A stretch of 64,000 nt of DNA. Origin: Gaiellales bacterium (lineage in GTDB: Bacteria > Actinomycetota > Thermoleophilia > Gaiellales > Gaiellaceae). Numbering within the stretch: the first letter of the stretch is position 1; every line of letters starts with the position of its first letter. A program made the position numbers and the translations under genes. Positions 1-8,783 of this stretch are shown in pieces. The stretch is taken from assembly GCA_038209555.1 (NCBI GenBank), contig JBBQXP010000001.1, positions 68,728 to 132,727 of the forward strand, given 5' to 3'. The notes beneath the pieces were generated by a model, which saw only the letters and a list, made by a program, of their open reading frames with translations, made no database searches and was not told where the DNA came from.

Positions 1-995
1 TCCCTCTGGAGGGAACGGCGCTCGCGGAGGTGTGCAGGACGGGCCAGACGGTCGTCCGCGAGGACATGGCAGAGCCACCACGCTTCAACGAGGACTCTGA
101 GCTCGTGGACTTCGGCTTGCGGTCGCGCGTCGCGGCCCCGCTCCCAGCCGGGAACCGAGTCCTCGGGATGCTGTCCGTGTCCCGCCGGACGCCGAGCTCG
201 TTCTCGGCGGACGACGTGAGTCTGATCACCTTGCTTGGCCGGCAGGTCGCGACGGCTGTGGAGAACATCCTGTCGTTCGAGGCCGAGCGAAATGCCGCCG
301 AGGAGCTCAGGCGCCTCTCCGCGCTTCGGGCCGACTTTGTCTCGCTCGTTTCGCACGAGCTTCGCGGGCCCATGGCGTCGGTAATCGGCTGCGCCGCGAC
401 GCTGCGAAGCCGGTGGCGCGTTCTCCGTCCTCAGCAACGCGAGTCGTTTCTCGCCCTGATCGAGGACGAGACGTCGCGCCTCGCCGCGCTGATCGGCGAT
501 GTCCTCGACACCTCACGCATGGACGCCGGGACCTTCAGCTACTCGTTCGCCCCGGTGGACGTCGAGCAGCTCGTCCGCGAGGCTGTGGCGATGATGCAGC
601 TCGGGCAGGAGGACGTCCAGGTGCGCGCAAAGGTCGTCTCTCCGCTGCCTGCCGTTCGGGGCGACCGCGAGCGGCTCCACCAGGTGCTGCTGAACCTGCT
701 CGGGAACGCCCTCAAGTACACGGTCGGGGGAGACGAGGTCGAAGTGCGTGCCGCCGCCTCGAAAGGCCGGATCGAGATCGCGGTCACCGACCACGGACCT
801 GGAATCGCACCGGCCGACCAGCGGATGATCTTCGAGAAGTTCGGTCGTGCGAAGCCCTCCGGCTCGACCCCCGGCGCGGGACTGGGGCTCTTCATCGCCC
901 GGTCCATCGTCGAGGCCCACGACGGCTCGCTCGAGGTCGAATCGACCCCAGGAGCCGGAGCGACGTTCACTGTGGCGCTGCCTCTCGGGACCTAG
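1..995 (+). CDS. sensor histidine kinase, 5'-truncated by window edge (GAF C-terminus + HisKA + HATPase_c)
   Basis: ORF 30..995 stays open in frame back to nt 3. H-box SHELRGP, N-box LLGNALKYT, G-boxes DHGPGI and GAGLGL. Confidence 0.9.
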   Translation, partial: PLEGTALAEVCRTGQTVVREDMAEPPRFNEDSELVDFGLRSRVAAPLPAGNRVLGMLSVSRRTPSSFSADDVSLITLLGRQVATAVENILSFEAERNAAEELRRLSALRADFVSLVSHELRGPMASVIGCAATLRSRWRVLRPQQRESFLALIEDETSRLAALIGDVLDTSRMDAGTFSYSFAPVDVEQLVREAVAMMQLGQEDVQVRAKVVSPLPAVRGDRERLHQVLLNLLGNALKYTVGGDEVEVRAAASKGRIEIAVTDHGPGIAPADQRMIFEKFGRAKPSGSTPGAGLGLFIARSIVEAHDGSLEVESTPGAGATFTVALPLGT

Positions 996-2998
996 CGGTG
1001 CTGCGGCGACTTCCCGAGTGCGACAGCGAGTGCTTTCGCCCTGCCGGCGACTTCTTGGCGCAGATCGGGTGGCTCGAGCACCACGGCCTCGCCGCCGTGC
1101 GACAGGATCTCGCCGACGAGCCAGTCGGCGCTCCCGACCTGGAGCGCCTCCAGCGCGCTGCCATCCGCAAGGGGGCTAGCACCCCGCTCGAGGCGCCACC
1201 GGGCGACCGTCGGTGAAAAGAGAACTCGAGCCGTCCTGGCCTCCTCGAGACCGCGAGGTGCGACGCCGGGGCGGGGTTTGAACCCCGCCCGCTGCTTCTT
1301 CGCGCTGCGCATGCGATCGAGCCGGAAGCTCCGGACTGCGTCTCGTGTCGTATCCCACGTATCCACGTACCAGTGGGGAAGCTCGCGGCGAAAGCGGTAA
1401 GGCTCTACGGTTCTCGGGCTCGCGGTCGTCTCGCCGACCTTCAGGTACTCGATCTCGACGAGCCGGTGCTCGGAGATCGCGTCTGAGAGCGTTCGGATCA
1501 GCTTCTCCTCGTCGGTCGCGGCAGCCGCCGGCTCGGCGGCCTCGTCCAGTTCGAACTGCCCGAAGGTCTCCTCGAGCTTCCGGCGGACGCGGTCGAGCCC
1601 GGTGTGAGCCTCCGCCGCGATCATGGGGCCAACGAACTCGAGAGCCAGCCGAATGGCGCGAGCCTCGAGCGGGGTCAGCCTGGGGGGCCGCCTGAAGGTG
1701 TCACCGAACAGCTCCTTCTCGACGTGAACCGAGTCACCCTCGATCGACGCATAGAGGGCGTAGCAGCCGCCTCCGAAGTTGACGAGGTTCAGGAGCTGGA
1801 GGTGCTCGTCGAGATGCTCGACCGGAATCCGGAACCGCTCCGCAAGCTCGGCGGCGGGGATGTCGGCGGACGCATCCTCGCCGCAGCTGGCAAGGAGATG
1901 CGCCAGGAGCGCCTGCAGGAGCCCGAAGCGCTCGGGCGCCACCGGGCCGGCAGTGCGCTCGATGACCTCCCCGGCTTCCCGGGTTGCCTCCACCCTGGCA
2001 GGCTCGGGAGGCGGACCCTCATGAGCGGCGACTACGCGCTCGACGGATCGCTCGACGAGCTCGACGAGCTCGGGTGGCTCCAGCGGACGCGCTCGCCCCT
2101 CCTGGTTCAGGACCCAGGAGGCGAGCCTGCCGAGGCCCGAGTACTGCGTCACGAACACGCCCTCGTCGACGTGTCCTCGGTCCGCGAAGGCGCGCTCGAC
2201 GAGCCAGGCCAGATCCTCGGCCAGCTCGATCCGCGCCTCGCCCGTGATCTCACCGACCTGCCAGGCCGGGCGGCCTCGGTAGATGGAGGCGTCGAACTCC
2301 TCCGGGACACGAAAATCACGCTCGCGGCGCGTTGCGAACCGGATGTCGCCGCGGACGCGGGAGACACGGAAGGTTCGCTCCTCCTCGCGGTCGTGATCCC
2401 ATCCGACCATGTACCAGGAGCCGGCGTCCGTGAAGAGTGCGTACGGGTTGATCGTCCGCTCCGACTCCTCGTCGCGCTGCATCGAGAGATAGCGGAACTT
2501 CACGGTCCGGCCCTTCGAGATCGCGCCCTCGAGCTTGGTGAGCCGTCCCGACATCTCCTCCGAGTAGTCCGGATCGTGGACCTGCACGGCCGACTCCCGG
2601 CTCGACTCGAGTGGCGCCGGCCGGCCGAGCGCTAGATTCTGGAGCGCGAGCCTAAGTGGCTCGGCGTAAGCGAAGCGGCCGTCGAGGAGATGGAACGCCG
2701 TCTGGAGCGCCGCAAGCTCGTCGTCCTCGAGATCGAGAGCGGGGAGGAAGTACTGCTCGGAGCGCAGCGTGTAGAGCTCCTCGCCGGTGAACTCGTCGCG
2801 CTGGGAATGAAGTGGGACGCCGAGTGCGATCAGCTCGCTTCGGTCGGAGTAGAAGCGCCGTGCAAAAGCCTCGTCGGACATCTCCGAGTATCCCTCGACA
2901 TTTGTCTTGACGTCCCGCGCGGTGATAGGCCGACGCTCCGCCATGAGGTAGGCGACGAGCGAAAGCTGCCGGATGAGCTTGTCGGTGTCGTGCGACAC
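992..2998 (-). CDS. pafBC: fused PafB/PafC-like HTH-WYL transcriptional regulator (two tandem HTH-WYL modules)
   Basis: ORF 992..3025 (677 aa). N-terminal HTH LIRQLSLVAYLMAERRPITARDV. WYL-type cores GSWYMVGWDHDREEERTFRVSRV and PHWYVDTWDTTRDAVRSFRLDRM. Start ambiguous: ATG 3025 would overlap dinB head-on, so in-frame GTG 2998 is preferred. Confidence 0.8.
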   Translation of the reverse strand: MSHDTDKLIRQLSLVAYLMAERRPITARDVKTNVEGYSEMSDEAFARRFYSDRSELIALGVPLHSQRDEFTGEELYTLRSEQYFLPALDLEDDELAALQTAFHLLDGRFAYAEPLRLALQNLALGRPAPLESSRESAVQVHDPDYSEEMSGRLTKLEGAISKGRTVKFRYLSMQRDEESERTINPYALFTDAGSWYMVGWDHDREEERTFRVSRVRGDIRFATRRERDFRVPEEFDASIYRGRPAWQVGEITGEARIELAEDLAWLVERAFADRGHVDEGVFVTQYSGLGRLASWVLNQEGRARPLEPPELVELVERSVERVVAAHEGPPPEPARVEATREAGEVIERTAGPVAPERFGLLQALLAHLLASCGEDASADIPAAELAERFRIPVEHLDEHLQLLNLVNFGGGCYALYASIEGDSVHVEKELFGDTFRRPPRLTPLEARAIRLALEFVGPMIAAEAHTGLDRVRRKLEETFGQFELDEAAEPAAAATDEEKLIRTLSDAISEHRLVEIEYLKVGETTASPRTVEPYRFRRELPHWYVDTWDTTRDAVRSFRLDRMRSAKKQRAGFKPRPGVAPRGLEEARTARVLFSPTVARWRLERGASPLADGSALEALQVGSADWLVGEILSHGGEAVVLEPPDLRQEVAGRAKALAVALGKSPQHR

Positions 2999-3017
2999 GG
3001 GTCCTAGTATTGAGGAC

Positions 3018-4091
3018 GTGCGCACCTCCCCGCAGCCGATCCTCGCCCATCTTGACCTGGACGCCTTCTTCGCCGCCGTGGAAGAGCTCGAGCACCCGGA
3101 GTTGGTCGGTAGACCTCTGATCGTGGGCGGCGACCCGCGCGGGCGTGGGGTCGTCGCGACCGCGAACTACGAGGCACGGCGGTACGGAATCGGATCCGCG
3201 ATGTCGAGCGCGGAAGCGCTTCGCCGTTGTCCGGAAGCCGTTTTCGTGCCTCCGAGCAAGGACCTCTACTCCCGCTACTCCCGCAGAGTCTGGGCGGCGG
3301 TACGGGAGGTCGTCCCGACCGTGGAGCGAACCGGCCTCGACGAGGGCTATCTCGATGTCGGAGAGGTGGCTCGCGGCTTCGGCGAGGCCCGCGCGGTGGC
3401 CGAGGCCGTGCAGGCAGCGGTCCGTGCCGCCGTTGGTCTCTCCTGCTCACTTGGCGTCGCGCCCTGCAAGGTGGTCGCGAAGGTCGCGAGCGACCGCCGG
3501 AAGCCTGGCGGAATCACGATCGTGCGGCCCGGCCGGGAAGCGGCGTTCCTGGCCCCCTTCGACCTGAGGCGCCTCCCCGGCGTCGGCCCGCGGGCCGACG
3601 AGCGCCTCCGTGCCGCGGGGCTCAGGATGATCGGCGACTTCGCGGCTCTCGACGACGAGCACCTCCGCCGGCTCCTACCCGGCAAGGTCGGTCAGGTCTT
3701 ACGGGATCGAGCGCGGGGCATCGACCTTCGCGGACTCGAGTTCGCGACCGAGAGCGTCTCGATCGGCCACGAGGAGACCTTCGCCCGGGACGTGTCCGAT
3801 CGGGAGCAGCTGCACGACGAGCTCCGGCGGATGTCCGCTCGCGTCGCCGAGCGGCTGCTCGAGACCGGGCACGCAGCCCGCACCGTCACGACGAAGGTCC
3901 GCTACCCGGACTTCTCGATCCGCAGCAGGTCGACGACGCTGGAAGCCGGGACGGACGACGGCACGAGGATCGGTGAGATTGCCTGCAACCTCCTGGACCG
4001 GGCGCTCAGTGACCGTCCCGGAGCCTTACGCCTCGTCGGCGTGAGCGTCGCGAACCTCGACGCGTACCGGCAGCTGGCTCTCGACCACTAA
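3018..4091 (+). CDS. dinB: DNA polymerase IV (Y-family)
   Basis: ILAHLDLDAFFAAVEELE, LDEGYLDV and SLGVAPCKVVAKVASDRRKPGG match DinB family motifs. ORF opens at ATG 2973, but GTG 3018 fits the family N-terminus and avoids 5' overlap with pafBC. Confidence 0.9.
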   Translation: MRTSPQPILAHLDLDAFFAAVEELEHPELVGRPLIVGGDPRGRGVVATANYEARRYGIGSAMSSAEALRRCPEAVFVPPSKDLYSRYSRRVWAAVREVVPTVERTGLDEGYLDVGEVARGFGEARAVAEAVQAAVRAAVGLSCSLGVAPCKVVAKVASDRRKPGGITIVRPGREAAFLAPFDLRRLPGVGPRADERLRAAGLRMIGDFAALDDEHLRRLLPGKVGQVLRDRARGIDLRGLEFATESVSIGHEETFARDVSDREQLHDELRRMSARVAERLLETGHAARTVTTKVRYPDFSIRSRSTTLEAGTDDGTRIGEIACNLLDRALSDRPGALRLVGVSVANLDAYRQLALDH

Positions 4092-4140
4092 CGTGAGAGG
4101 AGGGTCCCACGATGCACGTCAGGATTTCGAAGAGTGTGCC

Positions 4141-4200
4141 GAGACGGGCAAAGGCCGTCTCGTAACGGCTTGAGGAGCGTCTCAGCCGCGAAGGCGGCTG
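4141..4200. terminator. two GC-rich hairpins between convergent genes (possible bidirectional terminators)
   Basis: GAGACGG(4141-4147)/CCGTCTC(4155-4161). CAGCCGC(4183-4189)-GAAG-GCGGCTG(4194-4200). No clear U-tract. Confidence 0.35.
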
Positions 4201-4206
4201 GCGTGT

Positions 4207-4659
4207 TTACGCCGCCTTGCGCGTCTCTAAGTGCTGGTGCGAGGGGCAGTATTCGCGCTCGGGGAGCGGCGCCCGCTGGCACGGCTTCCCCTTTCGGGTG
4301 GTAGCGCGGCAGCGCGAGACGCCGCCGTCATAAGCGCCGGACTCGATCTGATCCTCGATGAAGTCGACTGCAGCGCCGATGCCTTCGCTGACCGCCCAGG
4401 CGACCTGCGCCTGCTGCGTGATCGGGAAATAGCGCCGGATGTCCTGGAAAAGAGTTCGCTCCGGCCGGGCGAAGTACCGGGGATCCTTGGCGAGACGCTC
4501 GACGGTCTCCTCGCACGCGGCCAGAACATCGCGACGGTATTCGGCCTGCACCTCGGCCGCCACATACGGGTCGATAAGGTCCTTGATCGAGCGATAAATA
4601 GCCCTCGAGTACTGATACATACGGAAGAGCATCCTCTCGTCAGCGGGTTCCGGTGCCAT
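4207..4659 (-). CDS. hypothetical protein with C-terminal Cys/His motif (C-x10-C-x13-C-x2-H)
   Basis: 150-aa ORF with high third-position GC and an AT-rich upstream region. C-terminal CRATTRKGKPCQRAPLPEREYCPSH. No family recognised. Confidence 0.6.
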   Translation of the reverse strand: MAPEPADERMLFRMYQYSRAIYRSIKDLIDPYVAAEVQAEYRRDVLAACEETVERLAKDPRYFARPERTLFQDIRRYFPITQQAQVAWAVSEGIGAAVDFIEDQIESGAYDGGVSRCRATTRKGKPCQRAPLPEREYCPSHQHLETRKAA

Positions 4660-4800
4660 TATCGTGCCCTCCAGTTAATTCCCTGCAAAAGAACGTTAAC
4701 TTGGCGTTAAGCGGGAGCCCGCACTCCGCGCCAACGCGAGTCTACATGCCGCAAAGCTGTGTTACAAAGTCCCCCGCCGGAGCGGTTCCAAACGTGCGCC

Positions 4801-5553
4801 CTACGGACTGACCTCGCGGACGTACGCAAGCGGGAATCCCCGGGAGCGCGCAGTGGCAAGACCGCTCTGGGCCGCGGCGACGGTGTCGTACACACCCGTG
4901 AACACGACGTAGTACCCGGGGTTCAATGTCAGGAAGTCGGATGAGTTCAGGATCCCGACGTTTGTAAGCCCGTTGGCGATCGCCTGGTTCGCCTTCCGCT
5001 CGGCGGCGGCGCGGCCCTTAGATGTCTCGACCGAGGCCAGTACGATTGTGTAGCCCTCCCTGCCCTGCGGCCAGGAGCGGATGTTCCCCGACTGGGTCGT
5101 CGTGACCGTCGTAGCCGTCGTCAGCGTGGAGGTGTCGAGCGTTGCGATCGTCTGCGTGGTCGGGCTCGTGATGGTCTCGATCGACGCGGTCGGGCCGTTG
5201 GTCTGGATTCCCGGGAGGGCTCCCACGGTGGCAGTCGTTCCGGGCCCGCGAGACACGAGTCGTCCCTTCTCATCGTCCTTGGTAGCGGCCACCGCCGCGA
5301 TCGCGCCGGCGACCAGCGCGACGAGAAAAAGCGCGAGGAGAGCCGCCCAGAGCCAGGCAGGGGAATCCCGCGACCACATCTCGGTCCGCATGAACGCGAC
5401 AGGGATCTGGGCGCCCGGCAGGCGCGCGCCGCACTCGAGACAATACTCTTGGTAGAGGTCGTGCGGCGCTCCGCAGCGCGGGCACGCAGGCGTTTCGGGC
5501 GGAGGCTCACTTGGAGCGCCGGGATCTGGTGGAAGGGGCGGCCGTGAGACCAC
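4801..5553 (-). CDS. zinc-ribbon / TM / SPOR-domain protein
   Basis: CPRCGAPHDLYQEYCLECG zinc ribbon, TM segment WLWAALLALFLVALVAGAIAAV, Thr-rich linker, SPOR-like C-terminus (YTIVLASV...GYYVVFTGVY). Start set at GTG 5553 (TAGTG overlap with upstream stop), not the ORF-track ATG 5784. Confidence 0.8.
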   Translation of the reverse strand: MVSRPPLPPDPGAPSEPPPETPACPRCGAPHDLYQEYCLECGARLPGAQIPVAFMRTEMWSRDSPAWLWAALLALFLVALVAGAIAAVAATKDDEKGRLVSRGPGTTATVGALPGIQTNGPTASIETITSPTTQTIATLDTSTLTTATTVTTTQSGNIRSWPQGREGYTIVLASVETSKGRAAAERKANQAIANGLTNVGILNSSDFLTLNPGYYVVFTGVYDTVAAAQSGLATARSRGFPLAYVREVSP

Positions 5554-6128
5554 TAGTCCTCGTTCGGCTCCTTGGCCCGCGGAGCTACGAGCGTCTGGTC
5601 CGCGCGCTCCTCCGTGTCGCCGAATTCGTCCGCCGCGACCGAGTTCCCGCAGGTGGAGCAGAAGTTCGCCTCGGCGGGGAGCGGATTTCCGCAGTGACCG
5701 CAGGCGACAACCGGCGCCGTCTCGGCTGCCGGTCGGCCGCAGTGGGCACAGAAGTGCGCTCCGCGGACGAGCGGGGCCCCGCACTTGCAGGGCGTCGCTA
5801 CTCGCATGCCCCGAGGAACGGCTTCGCTTGCCGCCAGGAACGCATCGAGCTCGTGGATGCGCCGCTCGAGCGCGAGCACCTCGGAGGCGCGGCTGACCAG
5901 CAATTCGGGCTTGAAGCGGTCGCGGCGCACCATCTCGACTGCCAACCCGCCGACGTCCCGCATCTCGATCTCGCGGCGGCGCGCCAGCGACCGGCGCTCG
6001 CGGAGCGCTGCCGCAGCCGTCAGCGGCGGCGCAGGATCGGGCGGTGGCATCTTCTCGCTCCCGTCGACCGCGAGTTCGGGCGGAGCAGGCGGCCTGCGAG
6101 CGAAGAGCGAGAAGCGACGGGCCGTCAT
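5553..6128 (-). CDS. double zinc-ribbon domain protein
   Basis: CKCGAPLVRGAHFCAHCG and CGHCGNPLPAEANFCSTCG repeats after a coiled-coil-like N-terminus. Translationally coupled to the SPOR gene. Confidence 0.75.
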   Translation of the reverse strand: MTARRFSLFARRPPAPPELAVDGSEKMPPPDPAPPLTAAAALRERRSLARRREIEMRDVGGLAVEMVRRDRFKPELLVSRASEVLALERRIHELDAFLAASEAVPRGMRVATPCKCGAPLVRGAHFCAHCGRPAAETAPVVACGHCGNPLPAEANFCSTCGNSVAADEFGDTEERADQTLVAPRAKEPNED

Positions 6129-6160
6129 CTCCGGCCCGAGTCTATCCCAGCCCCCGCGCC

Positions 6161-7588
6161 CTATTCGGCAATGACGACGAGGCGTTCCTCGGTCATCTCC
6201 CGCACCGTGTAGTGTGGGCCTTCCTTCGTGTTTCCAGACGCCTTGATGCCGCCGTACGGCATCTGGTCGGCCCGGAATGTCGGCGCCTCGTTGATCGTGA
6301 CCCCACCGAACTCGAGCTTCGCTGCGGCGCCGAGGGCCGAGCTGACATTGCTCGTGAAGATGCCGGCCTGGAGCCCATATTCCGTCCCGTTGGCGAGCGC
6401 GAAAGCATCCTCCAGCGAGTCGTACGGGGAGAGCGTGCAGACGGGGCCGAAGACCTCCTGGCAGGAGACCTTCATGTCGGGGCGGACATCGGCTAGAACG
6501 GTCGGCCTGATAACGGGGCCGTCGGCCTCACCGCCGGTCAAGACGGTCGCCCCCTCGGCCCGGGCTTCCTCGATCCACGCGAGGATGCGCTCGCGAGCGT
6601 CGTCGTCGATCACGGGCCCGACATCGGTGTCCTCTTCGGACGGATCGGCCGCTTTCAAGGCCTCGACCTTGGGCAGAAGCTTGGCGACGAAGTCGTCGTA
6701 GACCTGCCGACTCACATAGACACGCTGCACGGAGATGCAGCTCTGGCCCGCGAACGAGAAGGCGTGGGCGGCAACCTTCGAGGCGGCATCGTCGACGTCA
6801 GCATCCCCCTCGACGATGACCGGGGTCGAGTTTCCGAGCTCGAGCGACACCTTCTTACGTGCAGCTCGCTCGCGGATCTTCCAGCCGACCTCGGAGGAGC
6901 CGGTAAAGGTGATCATTCGCACCCGCTCGTCCTCGACCAGGACGTCGCCGATCTCGGCTGACGGCCCTACCAGGACGTTCAGCCAGCCCGGCGGCAGTCC
7001 CGCCTCCAGCTCGAGCTCTGCCAGGAGGAGCGCAGAGACCGGCGTCTGCCCCGCGGGCTTCAGGACGACGGCGCAGCCTGCGGCCAGCGCCGGCGCGATC
7101 TTGTGGGCCACGAGGTTCAGCGGGAAGTTGAACGGCGAGATGGCGCCGACGATCCCGACCGGCAGGCGCATCGTGTACGCAACCTTGCCGAGGCCTGCCT
7201 GCGACGCGCTCATCGGAACGACCTCGCCGCTCAGTGTTCGGGCCTCGACCGCAGACATCGTGAACGTCGAAACCGCGCGCTGCGCCTCGACGCGCGCGGC
7301 CTTCATCGGCTTTCCAGCCTCCATGCAGATCGTCCGTGCGAGCTCGTCTTCACGCTCGTGCAGAAGCTCGGCAACGCGGTCGAGGATCTCGGCCCTCCGA
7401 AAGGCCGGCAGTAGCTCGCGCATCGCGCGCTCGGCAGCATCGACGGAGCGGCGTGTCTCTTCCGCGCCGGCACGCGGCATTCTCGCGACCACCTCTCCGG
7501 AGAAGGGAGATCGGACCTCGTGCCACTCCCCGGTCTCGATCCACTCGCCCCCGATCAGGAGCTTCTTCTCGGTCAACGTCACTGCCAC
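6161..7588 (-). CDS. NAD(P)-dependent aldehyde dehydrogenase
   Basis: FTGSSEVGWKI, ELGNSTPVIV, catalytic-Cys region FAGQSCISVQR. Family N-terminus LLIGGEW follows GTG 7588 (or 7582). The ORF-track extension to 7750 is rejected. Confidence 0.9.
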   Translation of the reverse strand: MAVTLTEKKLLIGGEWIETGEWHEVRSPFSGEVVARMPRAGAEETRRSVDAAERAMRELLPAFRRAEILDRVAELLHEREDELARTICMEAGKPMKAARVEAQRAVSTFTMSAVEARTLSGEVVPMSASQAGLGKVAYTMRLPVGIVGAISPFNFPLNLVAHKIAPALAAGCAVVLKPAGQTPVSALLLAELELEAGLPPGWLNVLVGPSAEIGDVLVEDERVRMITFTGSSEVGWKIRERAARKKVSLELGNSTPVIVEGDADVDDAASKVAAHAFSFAGQSCISVQRVYVSRQVYDDFVAKLLPKVEALKAADPSEEDTDVGPVIDDDARERILAWIEEARAEGATVLTGGEADGPVIRPTVLADVRPDMKVSCQEVFGPVCTLSPYDSLEDAFALANGTEYGLQAGIFTSNVSSALGAAAKLEFGGVTINEAPTFRADQMPYGGIKASGNTKEGPHYTVREMTEERLVVIAE

Positions 7589-7610
7589 GGCCCTAGGATA
7601 CTGCGCTCGA

Positions 7611-8468
7611 GTGGGCCGCGAAATCAGCAGGGTTGGGGTGGTCGGGCTCGGCACGATGGGCGCCGGGATCGCCCAGGTCTGCGTGCAGGCCGGCTTCGAC
7701 ACGATCGGGGTCGAGGTGAGTGAAGACCTGTGCGAGCGGGCGCGCAGCACGATCGACCACTACCTCTCGCGGGGCGTCGAGAAGGGCCGGCTGAGTAACG
7801 AGGAGCGGGAGGCCGCGCTGGCTCGGCTGACGACGTCGACGCGCAGAGAGGATCTCGGCGACCGCGACCTGGTCATCGAGGCAATCGTCGAGGAGCTCGA
7901 GGCCAAGCAGGAGCTTTTCCGCGAGCTCGGCGGGATCGTGGGGACCGGTGTCGTCCTAGCCACGAACACGTCGGCGCTGTCGGTGACCGAGATCGCGTCG
8001 GCGGTCGAACGGCCCGAGCGGGTGGTGGGCCTGCACTTCTTCAATCCAGCACCGGTCCTCCAGCTGGTCGAGGTGGTGCGAACGGAGCTCACGTCGGACG
8101 AGGCGTACGTGCGCGTCTACCGGTTCGCCGAGGCTCTCGGGAAGGAGCCCGTCCGCTGCAACGACACGCCCGGCTTCGTCGTCAACCGGATCCTGATACC
8201 GCTTCTGAACGACTGCGTGCGCGTCCTTGACGAGGCGAGGGTGACGCCGGAGGACCTCGACCGGGCGATGCGGTTCGGAACGAACTGGCCGATCGGGCCT
8301 TGCGCGCTCCTCGACCTGATCGGACTCGACGTGCACGTGCACGCGAGCGAAGCGCTCCAGGAGAAGCTGGGCGAACCCAGGATGGCGCCCCCACCACGTC
8401 TCGTCAACATGGTGAAGACGGGCCATCTCGGCCGGAAGAGCGGGCGCGGTTTCTTCAACTACGAGTAG
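7611..8468 (+). CDS. 3-hydroxybutyryl/3-hydroxyacyl-CoA dehydrogenase
   Basis: Rossmann N-terminus VGVVGLGTMGAGIAQV, LHFFNPAPVLQLVEV, PGFVVNRIL. GTG 7611 gives a 285-aa protein of typical length. The upstream part of ORF 6735..8468 is antisense to the ALDH gene. Confidence 0.9.
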   Translation: MGREISRVGVVGLGTMGAGIAQVCVQAGFDTIGVEVSEDLCERARSTIDHYLSRGVEKGRLSNEEREAALARLTTSTRREDLGDRDLVIEAIVEELEAKQELFRELGGIVGTGVVLATNTSALSVTEIASAVERPERVVGLHFFNPAPVLQLVEVVRTELTSDEAYVRVYRFAEALGKEPVRCNDTPGFVVNRILIPLLNDCVRVLDEARVTPEDLDRAMRFGTNWPIGPCALLDLIGLDVHVHASEALQEKLGEPRMAPPPRLVNMVKTGHLGRKSGRGFFNYE

Positions 8469-8505
8469 CTCGCTCCGTCCGGTCGTCGCAGTACCGTCAC
8501 GAGGC

Positions 8506-8712
8506 GTGACGATGTGCACGCTCTGTCGGCGCAACCTCATGGCCGGAGAACGCTTCCGCCTCTGGCAGGCAGAAGCTTCCGCGGAGCGGCGCCGGGCCGT
8601 CTGCGGGCTCTGCGAGCGGAAGGCGGCTCGGGAGGGCTGGGTTCGAGTCGTTCAGCCGATGGCGCGTGAGAACGCAGTCGGCCTGCGAGGCACCGTGCGT
8701 CTGGTCGCCTAG
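8506..8712 (+). CDS. small CxxC...CxxC zinc-ribbon-like hypothetical protein
   Basis: 68-aa ORF with CTLCRR...CGLCERK, sitting in an otherwise empty gap. No family recognised. Confidence 0.4.
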   Translation: MTMCTLCRRNLMAGERFRLWQAEASAERRRAVCGLCERKAAREGWVRVVQPMARENAVGLRGTVRLVA

Positions 8713-8783
8713 AAGGACGCAGCCGGCCTGCGTCCGCGGTTTGGCCGAGCGGGTAGATTCTGGCACCCAAGCCCCCGAGGGCA

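Noticed and set aside
4112-4165. 17-codon ORF (MHVRISKSVPRRAKAVS) with a strong SD (GAGGAGGG) just after dinB
   Set aside because: It is too short to support from sequence alone. Its 3' part is the terminator-like hairpin, and the SD-like string may be coincidental.
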